Positions 1 to 12,684 of a DNA stretch of 64,000 nt are shown here, in pieces (the stretch's first letter is position 1; every line of letters begins with the position of its first letter). Under the pieces are notes generated by a model, which did no database searches, was not told the origin of the DNA, and saw nothing but the letters and a program-made list of their open reading frames with translations. Both the position numbers and the translations under genes were made by a program. This stretch comes from Rebecca billardiae RCC1528 (lineage: Eukaryota > Protista > Haptophyta), in the NCBI GenBank assembly GCA_965240325.2, contig OZ251228.1, positions 620,001-684,000 of the forward strand. Direction: 5' to 3'.

Positions 1-1024
1 AGTCTGCGCCCACGCCGCCGACTGATGAGGGCGGTGCAGGTTGGGGGATCAGCTTGAGAGTTGGCCTCGCGCCGCTGCTGCAGAGCCCAAGTCTCCTGAG
101 ACGCAGCCCTGGCGGCGCTGGCCAGGGGCGCGCACAGCGCGCGCTCGTGCGGCTGTGGATGCGGCCGTGGAGGTCGAAGCCGCATATGCGTAGCCGCGAG
201 AGAGCGCGCGGCGCCCTCTCACGCGGCGCGCCTCGCTCGCGCCACATTCGCCTCGTCTCAGGCTAGCGCGTACGCGCACGCGTGCGCGAGCGCCAGCCGT
301 GGGCACTGCCAACTGTCATCAGCTCGCGCGGGCGCGGGCCGCTGTGCGGTCGGCGTGAGCCAGGCGAGCCGCCGGGCAAGGTTGAGAGCTCATCGGTGCT
401 AAGCAAGTGACCTCGCCTAGCACGAGCTTGCTCAGGGTCCCGTGCGCAAGCTTCGCGCCGCGCTCCTTTCGTATCAGGTGTTCCAAGACTTGTGTGCGCT
501 GGGCCGCCACATTGTAAGTACTGTAGCACAAGCTGCGTACGCATCGTCACATGACAGCACGGGCGCGGGGGCGCGGGGGTGGGGCGAGCGCGACGATGCG
601 AGAAGCAGTATACACGTCAAGGGCATCTCAAACTCATCCGATGGCTTGCCCGGCGGCTCGCCTGGCTCACGCCGACCGCACAGCGGCCCGCGCCCGCGCG
701 AGCTGATGACAGTTGGCTGCGCGCACGGCTGGCGCTCGCGCACGCGTGCGCGTACGCGCTAGCCTGAGACGAGGCGAACGTGGCGCGAGCGAGGCGCGCC
801 GCGTGAGAGGGCGCCGCGCGCTCTCTCGCGGCTACGCATATGCGGCTTCGACCTCCACGGCCGCATCCACAGCCGCACGAGCGCGCGCTGTGCGCGCCCC
901 TGGCCAGCGCCGCCAGGGCTGCGTCTCAGGAGACTTGGGCTCTGCAGCAGCGGCGCGAGGCCAACTCTCAAGCTGATCCCCCAACCTGCACCGCCCTCAT
1001 CAGTCGGCGGCGTGGGCGCAGACT
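1..1024. repeat. Long inverted repeat: arms 1-380 and 645-1024, 264-bp spacer; left arm runs off the window edge
   Basis: Position i pairs with 1025-i: AGTCTGCGCCCACG at 1 vs CGTGGGCGCAGACT ending 1024; inner ends GGGCAAG(380)/CTTGCCC(645). Only a few mismatches seen; mirrored ORFs in the track. Confidence 0.95.
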
Positions 1025-1568
1025 GCTCGGCGCCCCCAAGGATCTGTTCAGCGAGCATGCGCACATCTGCAGGGCAAGGCGCGCACACAGGCTCGAGCCC
1101 TCTGCGTCGGGAGATGGACGGCAGCGCGCGAAGAGCACACGCGACGTGTTGCGCCGCGCTGCTCAGTGCTGCGCACGCGGGTGCTTGTGGCGGCCACGCG
1201 CGAGAGGGCTGCAAGGCGGTGAAAGCAAGCATCGGAATCGTCTCGTCTTGCGAGATGCGAGCCACCACGCTCGTCAGCATCAAGGCAGTGCTCTCGCGTG
1301 CGTGCATGTGCCCTGTCGGGCGGCGGCTCTTGAGCATGCGCGCGCGCGTGCACGCGCGGCACCACAGGCGCGAGCGAGCGAGCCGCTGCCCTACGTAGAG
1401 CGTCCATGGCGCTCAACATGCGAGCTCGTGCACCAGCGCGCTTCAACGCGCGGTGGGCGGGCCGGTATCGCGCTTGGCGGAGAGCGTCGCACGCGAGTAG
1501 CGGAGCCGTCGTCGGAGCCCAGCAGGGCAGCCCGCCGAGACGGTCAGTGGCGCGCTCCGAAAACGTTC

Positions 1569-1657
1569 TCTGTGAAAGAACATCTCTGGCGGCTGCCGGC
1601 CAGAGAACATCTCTGGCGGGGCTTGCCCAGAGATGTTCTCTCACAGAGATGTTCTCT
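1569..1657. repeat. Cluster of four AGAACATCTCTG-type motifs (two forward, two reverse)
   Basis: AGAACATCTCTGGC at 1577 and 1604; CAGAGATGTTCTCT at 1628 and 1644; 21-bp inverted pair 1569-1589/1627-1647 with one mismatch. Confidence 0.85.
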
Positions 1658-1835
1658 GAATACGTAAGGGGCGCCAAGGGTGGTCGCCGACGCGCGCGAG
1701 TTCCAGAGTGCGAGTGCGCCCGCCCCGTCGCGCGGCCGCCGAGCCAGCCGAGCGTGATTTCATCTCCCGCCGCCCGGTCGCCGAGGCGAGACTTGCACAC
1801 GCGACCACGCCGACGTCGACGGGCCGCGCGCTCAG

Positions 1836-3416
1836 ATGCAGGCGGATAGCACGGCGGTCAAGCTCCTTCGGCGCGCATCTGCGCGAGGCGATGCGCGCGC
1901 CACGCTCCGTCTCGCCGAGCGCATGGCAGCCGGAGACGGCGTCGCGCAGGATGTTCGGGAGGCAAATCGCCTGACCCAGCTCGCCGCCGAGCGCGGGCTG
2001 GCAGACGCTCAGGTCGTCCTGGGCGACTTTCACCGACGAAACGGCGCAGGTGCTCGGGCCCAGGACCCCACCATGTCGGCGCACTGGTACCGGCTGGCGG
2101 CAGAGCAGGGCCACGCAGGCGCGCAGCACAATCTAGGCGTGTGTTACAAGGATGGCTTCGGCGTGGCGAAGGATGTGTCTGAGGCGCAGCGCTGGTGCCG
2201 CATGGCGGCCGAGCAGGGCCACGTCGATGCGCAGTTCAGCTTGGGCCTGTCCTACGACAAGGCATCCGACGAGAGCAAGGCGCCGCAGGATTGCGACGAG
2301 TCGGCGCGCTGGTATCAGCTGGCGGCCGAGCAGGGCCACGCAGATGCTCAGTACAATCTGGGCGTGTGCTACAAGCGCGGCCACGGCGTGGCGCAGGATG
2401 CGGGTGAGGCGGTGCGCTGGTGCAAAATGGCGGCGGAGCAGGGCAAGGCGGAGGCGCAGTACACTCTCGGCCGCTGTCACGAGCATGGCGATGGCGTGGG
2501 GCATGATTGGCATGAGGCGGTGAAGTGGTACCGGCTGGCGGCAGAGCAAGGCCACGCTGAAGCGCAATTTGATCTGAGTGTGTGCTGCCGAGAAGGCAAG
2601 GGCGCGTCGCAGGATTGGGATGAGGCGTTCCGCTGGACCCGGCTGGCGGCAGAGCAAGGCCACGCACTTGCCCAGTGCACTGTGGGAAAGCACTACGAGG
2701 GAGGCATGGGCGTGTCTCAGGACTGGCGCAAGGCTGCGCACTGGTTCCGGCTGGCGGCCGAGCAGGGCTACGCCCTGGCGCAATCCCACCTGGGTACCTG
2801 CTATGAAAAGGGCAATGGCGTGCCGCAGGATTTGGCCGAGGCGGTGCGCTGGTACCGACGTGCGGCAGCGCAGGGCCACATCAATGGGCAATGCGGCCTG
2901 GGCTTGTGCTACAGAAACGGCGTGGGCGTGGCGCAGGATTGGCGCGAGGCGGTGCGCTGGTTCCGGCTGTCGGCTGAGCAGGGCTACGCAGATGGGCAGT
3001 TCCACCTGGGCTTGTGTTTCCAGCTCGGCATGGGCGTACCGCCGAGTCAGACCAAGGCGGCTCACTGGTACCGCCTGGCAGTGGCTGGCGGCTCGCCTCC
3101 TGCTATGAGCGCGCTCGGGCTGCTGCTCTTGGCTGGCGAAGGAACGCAGCGCGATGTGACGCAGTGCGCGGGTCTGTTGCGCCGTGCGCACGAGCTCGAC
3201 AGCTCGCTCGACCCGAGCGAGGCGCTCTCGAAGTTGGCTGGGGAGCGCGAGGTGGTGTCCAAGTGCTGCATGGTGTGCGCCAAGACGGGCCGTGGTCTGA
3301 AGGTGTGCGAGCGCTGTCACGTGGCGGTCTTCTGCTCCCACGAGCACTTGCGGCGCGTGTGGAAGTTGCACAAGCCGCACTGCGCCAAGTGGTGCAAGCC
3401 AGCAGGCACGGCGTGA
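1836..3416 (+). CDS. Sel1-like repeat protein (~12 SLRs) with C-terminal MYND zinc finger; intronless, 526 aa
   Basis: Repeated WYRLAAEQGHAxAQxxLGxCYxxGxGV units; C-terminal CMVC...CERC...FCSHEH...WKLHKPHC MYND pattern. Confidence 0.92.
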   Translation: MQADSTAVKLLRRASARGDARATLRLAERMAAGDGVAQDVREANRLTQLAAERGLADAQVVLGDFHRRNGAGARAQDPTMSAHWYRLAAEQGHAGAQHNLGVCYKDGFGVAKDVSEAQRWCRMAAEQGHVDAQFSLGLSYDKASDESKAPQDCDESARWYQLAAEQGHADAQYNLGVCYKRGHGVAQDAGEAVRWCKMAAEQGKAEAQYTLGRCHEHGDGVGHDWHEAVKWYRLAAEQGHAEAQFDLSVCCREGKGASQDWDEAFRWTRLAAEQGHALAQCTVGKHYEGGMGVSQDWRKAAHWFRLAAEQGYALAQSHLGTCYEKGNGVPQDLAEAVRWYRRAAAQGHINGQCGLGLCYRNGVGVAQDWREAVRWFRLSAEQGYADGQFHLGLCFQLGMGVPPSQTKAAHWYRLAVAGGSPPAMSALGLLLLAGEGTQRDVTQCAGLLRRAHELDSSLDPSEALSKLAGEREVVSKCCMVCAKTGRGLKVCERCHVAVFCSHEHLRRVWKLHKPHCAKWCKPAGTA

Positions 3417-3568
3417 TTAATTATACATATATGCACACTCAGCCTCAGGCTGACGACGACTGAAAAGTCGTCGATCGAATTGGCGAATAATATACTAACC
3501 ATTGCTATAGAATATATATATATATATGATAATAATAATAATAATATATATGATAATATATATATATA

Positions 3569-5036
<1,468 letters not shown>

Positions 5037-5330
5037 GCGTACGTACAGCGCGCTGCTGCTGCTGATCATATATCGCGCGTCAGACTCAGAGAGTCGTCGG
5101 ATGAGTACTGAGTCAGAGAGAGCTTGCCGCCGGCCGAGCGGGCGAGCGGCGCGGCATGCGGACAGATCAAGATGACGCCAGTGATGAGTCCCGTCCTGCG
5201 ACTCTGAATCTGATCGAGCAGGCCGCGCCGTCGACGATGGCCTCGCATCTGATTCGCACGCCCTGCCATGCGGGACGACTACGGCCGGAGATGCGACGGC
5301 GCGTCGCTCAGACTGCACCCCGCCGCCGCA

Positions 5331-6071
5331 TCACTCGACCAGCATGCGCTCGGCGGCCGTGCCCAGCTCGGCCGGCAGCCGCTCGACGAGCTCTTCGCGC
5401 GTGAGCCACGCGTAGTCCGTCCACGCCGCCGCGCTGGCCGAGCCGCCGCCGCCGCCCTTCTCCTTCTTACCCTTTGCGCCATGGCCCGAGGGCTTCGCAG
5501 GGGGCAGCACGTTCCCCGCCACGCGGCGCATGCGGAAGAAGAAGTCGACGCCGTCGGCGCCGCGGTCGAGGTGCGCGATCGGCGCGCGAGAGATGTGCAG
5601 CACGCGCAGCTTTTGCCCGAGCTCGGCGCGCAGCAGGTCGACGAGCACGCGGCGCATGGAGGGGCCGCCGTCGGACATGTCCGCAGGCGCGCGTGGGAAG
5701 CCCCACTCGCCGTCCGCGTCTCGCAGCGCGAGGTACAGCCGCTGGTCGTACTTGCGCTTGAGCGAGTGCACGCCCTCGTCGACGACGACGCCGGCGTGCT
5801 CGTCGAGCACGCGGCCGATGGCCTCCATGTACGTGTCGCGCGGCGCGTTGCGCGGGTCGTACTCCTCGTCGATGAAGCGCTGCGGGATCGGCAGCGCGTA
5901 CGCCTCGCGCCACGCCTCCATCCGCGCCTCGTGCTCGACCTTCCACGGCGGGTCTTGCGGGAAGACGACGAGCCCGCGCTCGATGACGGCCGAGAGGTAG
6001 ACGCGCGACGGCGAGGCGGCGGCGGCGGGCGCGGTGCTCAGCGCGCGGCGAAGGAGCTGGTGCGACGCCAT
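5331..6071 (-). CDS. MRPL46: Mitochondrial ribosomal protein mL46-like (Nudix-like fold), 246 aa
   Basis: Presequence-like MASHQLLRRALST; motifs SAVIER, HSLKRKYDQRLYLAL, WGFP, RAPIAH, FFFR, DYAWLTREEL typical of mL46. Confidence 0.85.
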   Translation of the reverse strand: MASHQLLRRALSTAPAAAASPSRVYLSAVIERGLVVFPQDPPWKVEHEARMEAWREAYALPIPQRFIDEEYDPRNAPRDTYMEAIGRVLDEHAGVVVDEGVHSLKRKYDQRLYLALRDADGEWGFPRAPADMSDGGPSMRRVLVDLLRAELGQKLRVLHISRAPIAHLDRGADGVDFFFRMRRVAGNVLPPAKPSGHGAKGKKEKGGGGGSASAAAWTDYAWLTREELVERLPAELGTAAERMLVE

Positions 6072-6343
6072 CGCGCTGCCGCCGCCCAGCCCTCGAGCGT
6101 GCGCGCGCGTCGCGGCCTCGCGGGTCGACTGGCGCGCGCCTCGCGCCAAGGCAGCCCTGCTGCTCCAGCCACTGCACGCGACCGAGCGCCGGACTCATCG
6201 CGGACTGCAGTCCGGGCGTGCAGACCGTTGGTCAGGCAAGGGTTGCCGCATACATACGCAGGCGCACGGCGCTTGCAAGGGGCGAGGTCTCTCTTGCACG
6301 CGACGAGCGGCGCGCCCTCGCGCACCGAGCAGCGCGGCGGGCG
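6072..6343. promoter_or_regulatory. Probable bidirectional promoter mL46/POLE
   Basis: 272 bp between divergent ATGs. Confidence 0.55.
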
Positions 6344-6477
6344 ATGGCGCCGATGCCGAACGGCGCGAAGAACCAGTACGGGCAGTTCATCCAGCGCCCG
6401 GGCTCGACGCGCGCCCACCGCGGCGGCGGGCGCGGCGGCTTTGGCGGGCGTGGGCGCGGTGGCTTTGGCGACCGCTT

Positions 6478-6517
<40 letters not shown>

Positions 6518-9500
6518 TTTGGCCGCGGCGGGGGGTTCGGCCGCGGCGGCGGCGGTGGCAGCTTTGGCCGTGGCGGAGGCGGCGGAGGCGGCTTCGGCGG
6601 GCGCGGCGGCTTCGGCGGGCGCGGCGGCGCGCGCGGCGCGGACGGCGATCGCGCGCCCGAGCAGTGGCAGTCAGCGGCCGAGCGCGCGGCGGAGGCGGCG
6701 CGCGTGGACGCGCTGTACGGGTACGAGGCGTTCGACGTGGAGGGCAAGCCGCGCACCGGCTGGCTCGTCAACGTGCGGCCGACCACGCTCGAGGACGCCG
6801 AGTCCGGCCGGCAGACCTCTGGCGTGCACTATTACTTCCTCGACGACGAGGGCGGCCGCTTCCGCGCGACCGTCCGCTACGACCCGTACATGTACGTGGT
6901 GGCGCGCGCGGGGCACGAGCGCGAGGTGGAGACGGCGCTGAAGCGGCGGTACACGCGCGAGATCAAGAGCATCGAGCTCGTCCAGCTCGAGGACCTCTCG
7001 CTGCCCAACCACCTGGCGGGGCTGAAGCGCTCGGTGCTCAAGGTGAGTACGCACCACACCTCCGATCTCGTGCGCGTGCGCGGGGGCGTGCTGCCCGCGG
7101 CGAAGCGCGCGCAGGCGGCGTCGAGCGCGGCGATGGACGGCGGCGAGAGCTCGGCGGCGGCCGGCGAGTTTGGCGCGCACATCGTGGTGCGCGCCGCGCG
7201 CGTGTGCGCGCGCCGCAGCGAGCGCGCCGCGGGCGCGCGCGCCGCGCCGCGCCGCGCGCGCGCGCCGCGAGCGTCTGCGCCTCACGTTACGCACCGCCGC
7301 CCGCTCCGCCGCCGCCGCCGCCCGCCGCCGCCGCCGCCGCGCAGGACGTGCGCGAGTACGACGTGACGTACGTGCAGCGCGTCGCGATCGACCTGGGGCA
7401 CCGCGTGGGCAAGTGGTACACTGTGACGGCGCAGCCCGCGGCCGACGGCTCGGCGGGCGGGATCGTGATCACGGACGACGGCACGCACGCCGCCATGCCC
7501 GAGCTCAACGTGCTCGCGTACGACATCGGTGCGCCGCGGCGCCGCTGGCGCCTGCGACTGGCTGCTGCGTGCGCCGGCGCCGGGCCTCACAGCCCCCCCT
7601 GCGCGCGCGCGCGCGCGCCGCGACCACGCCCGCCGCCGCCGCCGTGCTCGCGCAGAGTGCTGCAAGCAGCCGCTCAAGTTTCCGGACGCTTCGCACGACG
7701 CCGTGATGATGATCTCTGCGATGGCGGACGGGCGCGGCTTCCTCATCGTCAACCGCGAGGTGGTGTCCGAGGACATCGACGACTTCGAGTACACGCCCAA
7801 GCCCGAGTTCGAAGGCCCGTTCGTCGTCTACAACGAGCCGACTGAGGCGGCGACGCTGCGGCGCTTCTTCGAGCTCGTGCGCGAGGTGAAGCCGCACGTG
7901 CTCGTCACGTACAACGGCGACTCGTTCGACTGGCCGTACGTCGAGAAGCGCGCCTCGCTGCTCGGCATGTCCATGGCGACCGAGATCGGCGTGTGCGCAA
8001 ATGCCGCGGGCGAGTACGCATCAAACCTGCCGATTCACCTCGACTGCATCTGCTGGGTGAAGCGCGACTCGTATCTCCCGCAGGGCTCGCACGGCCTCAA
8101 GGTGCGGCCCGCCGAGCCGTCGTCGCACGCGCGCGCACACACACCCGCGCGCGCGCGCGTGCGCGCCCAGGAGGGCGGAGCTGGGCTGAGCCGGACGAAG
8201 CAGAGCGGCTGCGCACACTGCCGCGAGTGGGGCGGGCGGCGCGCGCGCTCACGTGCGCGCCGCCGCGCGCGTCCTCCCGCCTCGCGCCGCCGCCGCCTCG
8301 CGCGCCGCGCAGGCGGTGTGCCGCGCCAAGCTCGGGTACGACCCGCTCGAGGTGGACCCGGAGGACATGACCACGTTCGCGATGACGCGGCCGCAGACGA
8401 TGGCGGCCTACTCCGTCTCCGACGCGGTCGCCACGTACTACCTGTACAAAAAGTACGTGCACGGATTCATCTTCTCGCTCGCGACCGTCGTGCCCAACCC
8501 GGCGGATGAGGTGCTGCGCAAGGGGTCGGGCACGCTGTGCGAGGCGCTGCTGATGGCGGAGGCGGCGCACAACCGCATCCTCTGCCCGAACAAGCACGAG
8601 TCCGGCGGGCTCAACTACCATGAGAACAAGCTGCTCGAGTCTGAGACATACGTGGGCGGCCACGTCGAGTGCTGCCAGACAGGCGTGTTCCGCTCGGACC
8701 TGCCGACCAAGTTCAAGCTCACGCCCGACGCGGTGCAGGGGCTGATCGACGGGCTCGACGGCGCGCTGCGGTACGCGATCGAGGAGGAGGCGGGGCGCAG
8801 CGTCGACGACGCGACCAACCTCGAAGAAGTGCGCCGCGCGGCGGGAGGCGCGGCCGCGCGCGCGGCCGGCCGCGCGCGCGCGCTCGGCCCGCGCTCACGA
8901 CGCCCGCCCGCGCCGCGCCGCGCCGCGCGCGCGCTCGGCTGCACACCGCGCGCCCGCTCGCAGGTGCGCACGCAGATCGCAGACGCGCTCGCCGGCCTGC
9001 GCGACCAGCCGTCGCGGCTCGAGTGTCCTCTGATCTACCACTTGGACGTGGGCGCCATGTACCCCAACATCATCCTCACCAACCGGCTGCAGCCGCCCGC
9101 GATCGTGGACGAGCAGACGTGCGCCGCGTGCGTGTACAACGCGGACCCGGACGGTGTGCGCGCGCCGCGCGGCGCGGCCTTGCGCCCACGCGTGCCGCGC
9201 GGGGCGGTGGCGCGTGCGTGCGCGCGCGCGCGCGCGGGAGGGCGCAGGCGCCGGCGGCGGGGACGGGCGGTGCCGATGGCGTGTCGGACTGCGCGCCGAG
9301 CCGCGCCCCGCCCTCGCCCCTGCACCTCCCGCTGCCCGCGCACGCGCGCACGCACGCGCGCAGCGGACTGCAAGCGGCCCATGCAGTGGTCGTGGCGCGC
9401 CGAGCGCTACCCGCCGCCCAAGGGCGAGTGCGACGGCGTTCTTGCGCAGATCCAATATGAGACGGCGCAGATGGCGCCGGCGGCGCCGGGCGAGCCGCCC

Positions 9501-12500
9501 GGTCCGCTCGTGGCGTTCCTCGAGCTGCCCGAGGCCGAGCAGCACGCGCGGTACCGCGAGCGGCTGAAGCAGTACTCGCAGAAGGTGCGCGCGCGCCGAG
9601 CGGCGCGGCGCGGCGCGGCGCGGCGCGGCGCGGAGCGGCCGGGCGAGCGCCGAGCGCGCGCGCGACCGCACCCCCGCACGGCTCGCGCCGCGCCCGACCT
9701 CGGCGCGCGCCCGCCCGCGCCCGCACGCGCGCAGGCGTTCGGCCGCGGGCACGAGACGGTGCACGAGACGCGCACCTCGACGGTGTGCCAGCGGGAGCAC
9801 CCGTTCTACGTGGACACCGTGCGCGCGTTCCGCGACCGGCGGTACGTGTACAAGAAGGAGGCGAAGACGTGGGCAGGGAGGCTGGCGGCCGCGCAGGCCG
9901 CCGGGGACGTGTCCGCGTGCGTCGAGGCGTCGGGCATGAGCACGCTGTACGACTCGCTGCAGCTCGCGCACAAGGTGCGCACGCGCGCCGCGGGCTAGCG
10001 TCTGCGCGCGGAGATGCGACGGCCACAGCGCGAGCACGGCGAGCCGCGGCTACTACAGCCGCGCGCTGCGCCGTGCCGCGCCGCTTGGCCGGCGGCTCAG
10101 CTTGCCTGCCTGCGCCGCCGCGCCGCGCCCCGCGCGCCGACGCGCGTGTGCGCACACGGCGCGCACGCCCCGCAGTGCATTCTCAACTCGTTCTACGGGT
10201 ACGTGATGCGCAAGGGCGCGCGCTGGTACTCGATGCCGATGGCGGGCGTCGTCACGCACCTCGGCGCGCAGATCATCAAGCGCGCCAAGGACCTGATCGA
10301 CGACCTCGGGATCGTACTCGAGCTAGATACCGATGGGATCTGGTGCGCGCTTCCGGGATCCTTCCCGCAGAACTTCGAGGTGAAGATGGCCTCGGGCCGG
10401 CCGGTGAAGGTGGAGTACCCGTGTCTGATCCTGAACGTGGGCGTGGCGGAGCACTGCACCAACGCGCAGTACCAGAGCCTCGTCGCGCCGCCGCCCGCGG
10501 AGGGGAGGGCCGGCACGTACGCCAAGCGGCGTGAGATGTCGATCGCGTTCGAGGTCGACGGACCGTACAGAGCGATGGTGCTGCCCGCCTCCACGGAGGA
10601 GGGCAAGCTGCTCAAGAAGCGGTGCGCGCGCGGAGCGCGCCGCGTCCGCGCCCGCGGCGTCCGCGCCCGCGCCACGCCGCGCGCCCGCCCACGACGCGTG
10701 CGCCGCGGCCCGCGCCCGCGCCCCCGCAGCTACGCGGTGTTCAACCTCGACGGCAGCCTCGCTGAGCTCAAAGGCTTCGAGCTCAAGCGACGCGGCGAGC
10801 TGCGGCTGATCAAGTCGTTCCAGGCGGAGGTGTTTGACACGCACCGCGCCGCGTTCCTCGAGGGATCGACGCTCGCCGAAGCGTACGGCGCGGTCGGGCG
10901 CGTGGCGAACCGCTGGCTGGACCTGATCGACTCGAAGGGTGAGCGCGCGCGCCGCGCGCGCACCCGCGCGCCCCGCGCCGTGCCGCGCATCGCCGCGCGC
11001 GGCCGCGGGCACGCGCACCGCTGCGCGCGGCCGCGGGCAGCGCGCGGGTGGGTTGGAGCGGTCGCGCGCGCGCGGCGTGCGCTCACCGCGCACTCTCCCC
11101 CGCCCACTCCCGCGGCGCAGGCGCGGTGCTCGACGAGTCGGAGATCATCGACGAGTTCTCCGAGTCGCGCTCCATGTCCAAGACGCTCGACGAGTATGGC
11201 TCTCAGAAGTCCTCCGCCATCTCGTGCGCGCGCAGGCTCGCGGAGTTCCTTGGGGACGGTGCGCGCGCGCGTCTCCGCGCGGCATCGGCGCGGCATCGGC
11301 GTGTGCGTGTGCGCGTGTGCGTGCGCGTGTGCGTGCGCGTGCGCACGTGTGGATGTGCGTGTGCATGTGCGCGAGTGCGCATGGACCGGGCTGCAGCTAG
11401 CTGCTGCAGCTGCTGCGCGCTGGGGCGTGCGCGCCGCGCGCCGTGCGCCGCGCGCCGACCTCGCGGCCTCGGCCTCGCTCGGACGCTCGCGTTGCGCGCG
11501 CCTCCGGCCGAGCCGTGCGCGCGCACCTCGCCGACGCCCACGGCCCCCCGCCTCCGCCCCGCCCGCGCAGGCATGGTCAAGGAGTCCGGCCTCGCGTGCC
11601 GCTTCATCGTCGCCGACCGGCCGCACGGCGCGCCGGTGACGGAGCGCGCCATCCCGGTCGTCATCTTCAGCACCGATGAACCTGTCAAGCGGTGTGTGGG
11701 CGGCCGCGCGCGCCGTCGCCGCCGCCGCCGCGCTGCGCCACCGCCCCGCTGCGTGGGTGTCGTGGTCGCGTGGCACCGAGCCCGCGTTCCGCGCGGGCAC
11801 GGCCGGAGCCTCGGGCCAAGCCGCGCGCCGCGCCCCGCCATCGGCTGACGCGCCGCCGCTGCCCTGCGCGCGCCCGCCCGCGGCCGCGCCGCGCCCGCCC
11901 CCTCGGCCCCTCCGCGCCGCCCGGCCGCAGCGCGTACCTGCGCAAGTGGCTGCGCGACCCCGGGATGGGCGACTTCGACATCCGCTCGGTGATCGACTGG
12001 GGGTACTACCGCGAGCGGCTCGGCTCGACCATCCAGAAGATTCTGACGATCCCGGCGGGCTGCCAGAAGGTTCCGAACCCGGTGCCGCGCGTGCGCCACC
12101 CGGAGTGGCTCTTCCGGATCGTGCAGGCGCGGACCGAGCGCTCGAAGCAGCAGGACGTGGGCGCGATGTTCGCGAAGGGGCGCAAGGCGCAGGAGGCGCG
12201 CGAGGCGGAGGCGGCGCCGGCGTCGCAGCTCGGCACGCCGCGCGCCGGCCAGATCGCCGATCTCGAGATCGCCGATCTCGAGGACGAGATGGGCGGGCGC
12301 GTCCTCGGCTCGGCGCGCAAGCCGGCGGCGGCGCGCGGCGGCGGCGTCGTGCACGTGCGCCGGCGGCGCGGCGCGGACGAGGGCGGCGGCAGCGGCGGCG
12401 TCGAGGGCATGGACGCGGCGGACGGCGCGGCGGCCGAGCGCGCCGCGGCCGAGCGCGACGCGCCGCCGGATGATGACGACGGCGCGCCGCCGCAGCTGGA

Positions 12501-12643
12501 CACGCCCGCCGGCTCGGCGCAGCCGCCACCTCCGACGCCGCCGCGCGCGCCCGCGCACATCTCGGAGGCCTGGCTCGGCGCGCGCAAGCAGCGGTGGCGC
12601 GCGCTGCGCGAGGCGCGGCGGCGCGCGCGGCAGGGCCGCGCGC

Positions 12644-12684
<41 letters not shown>

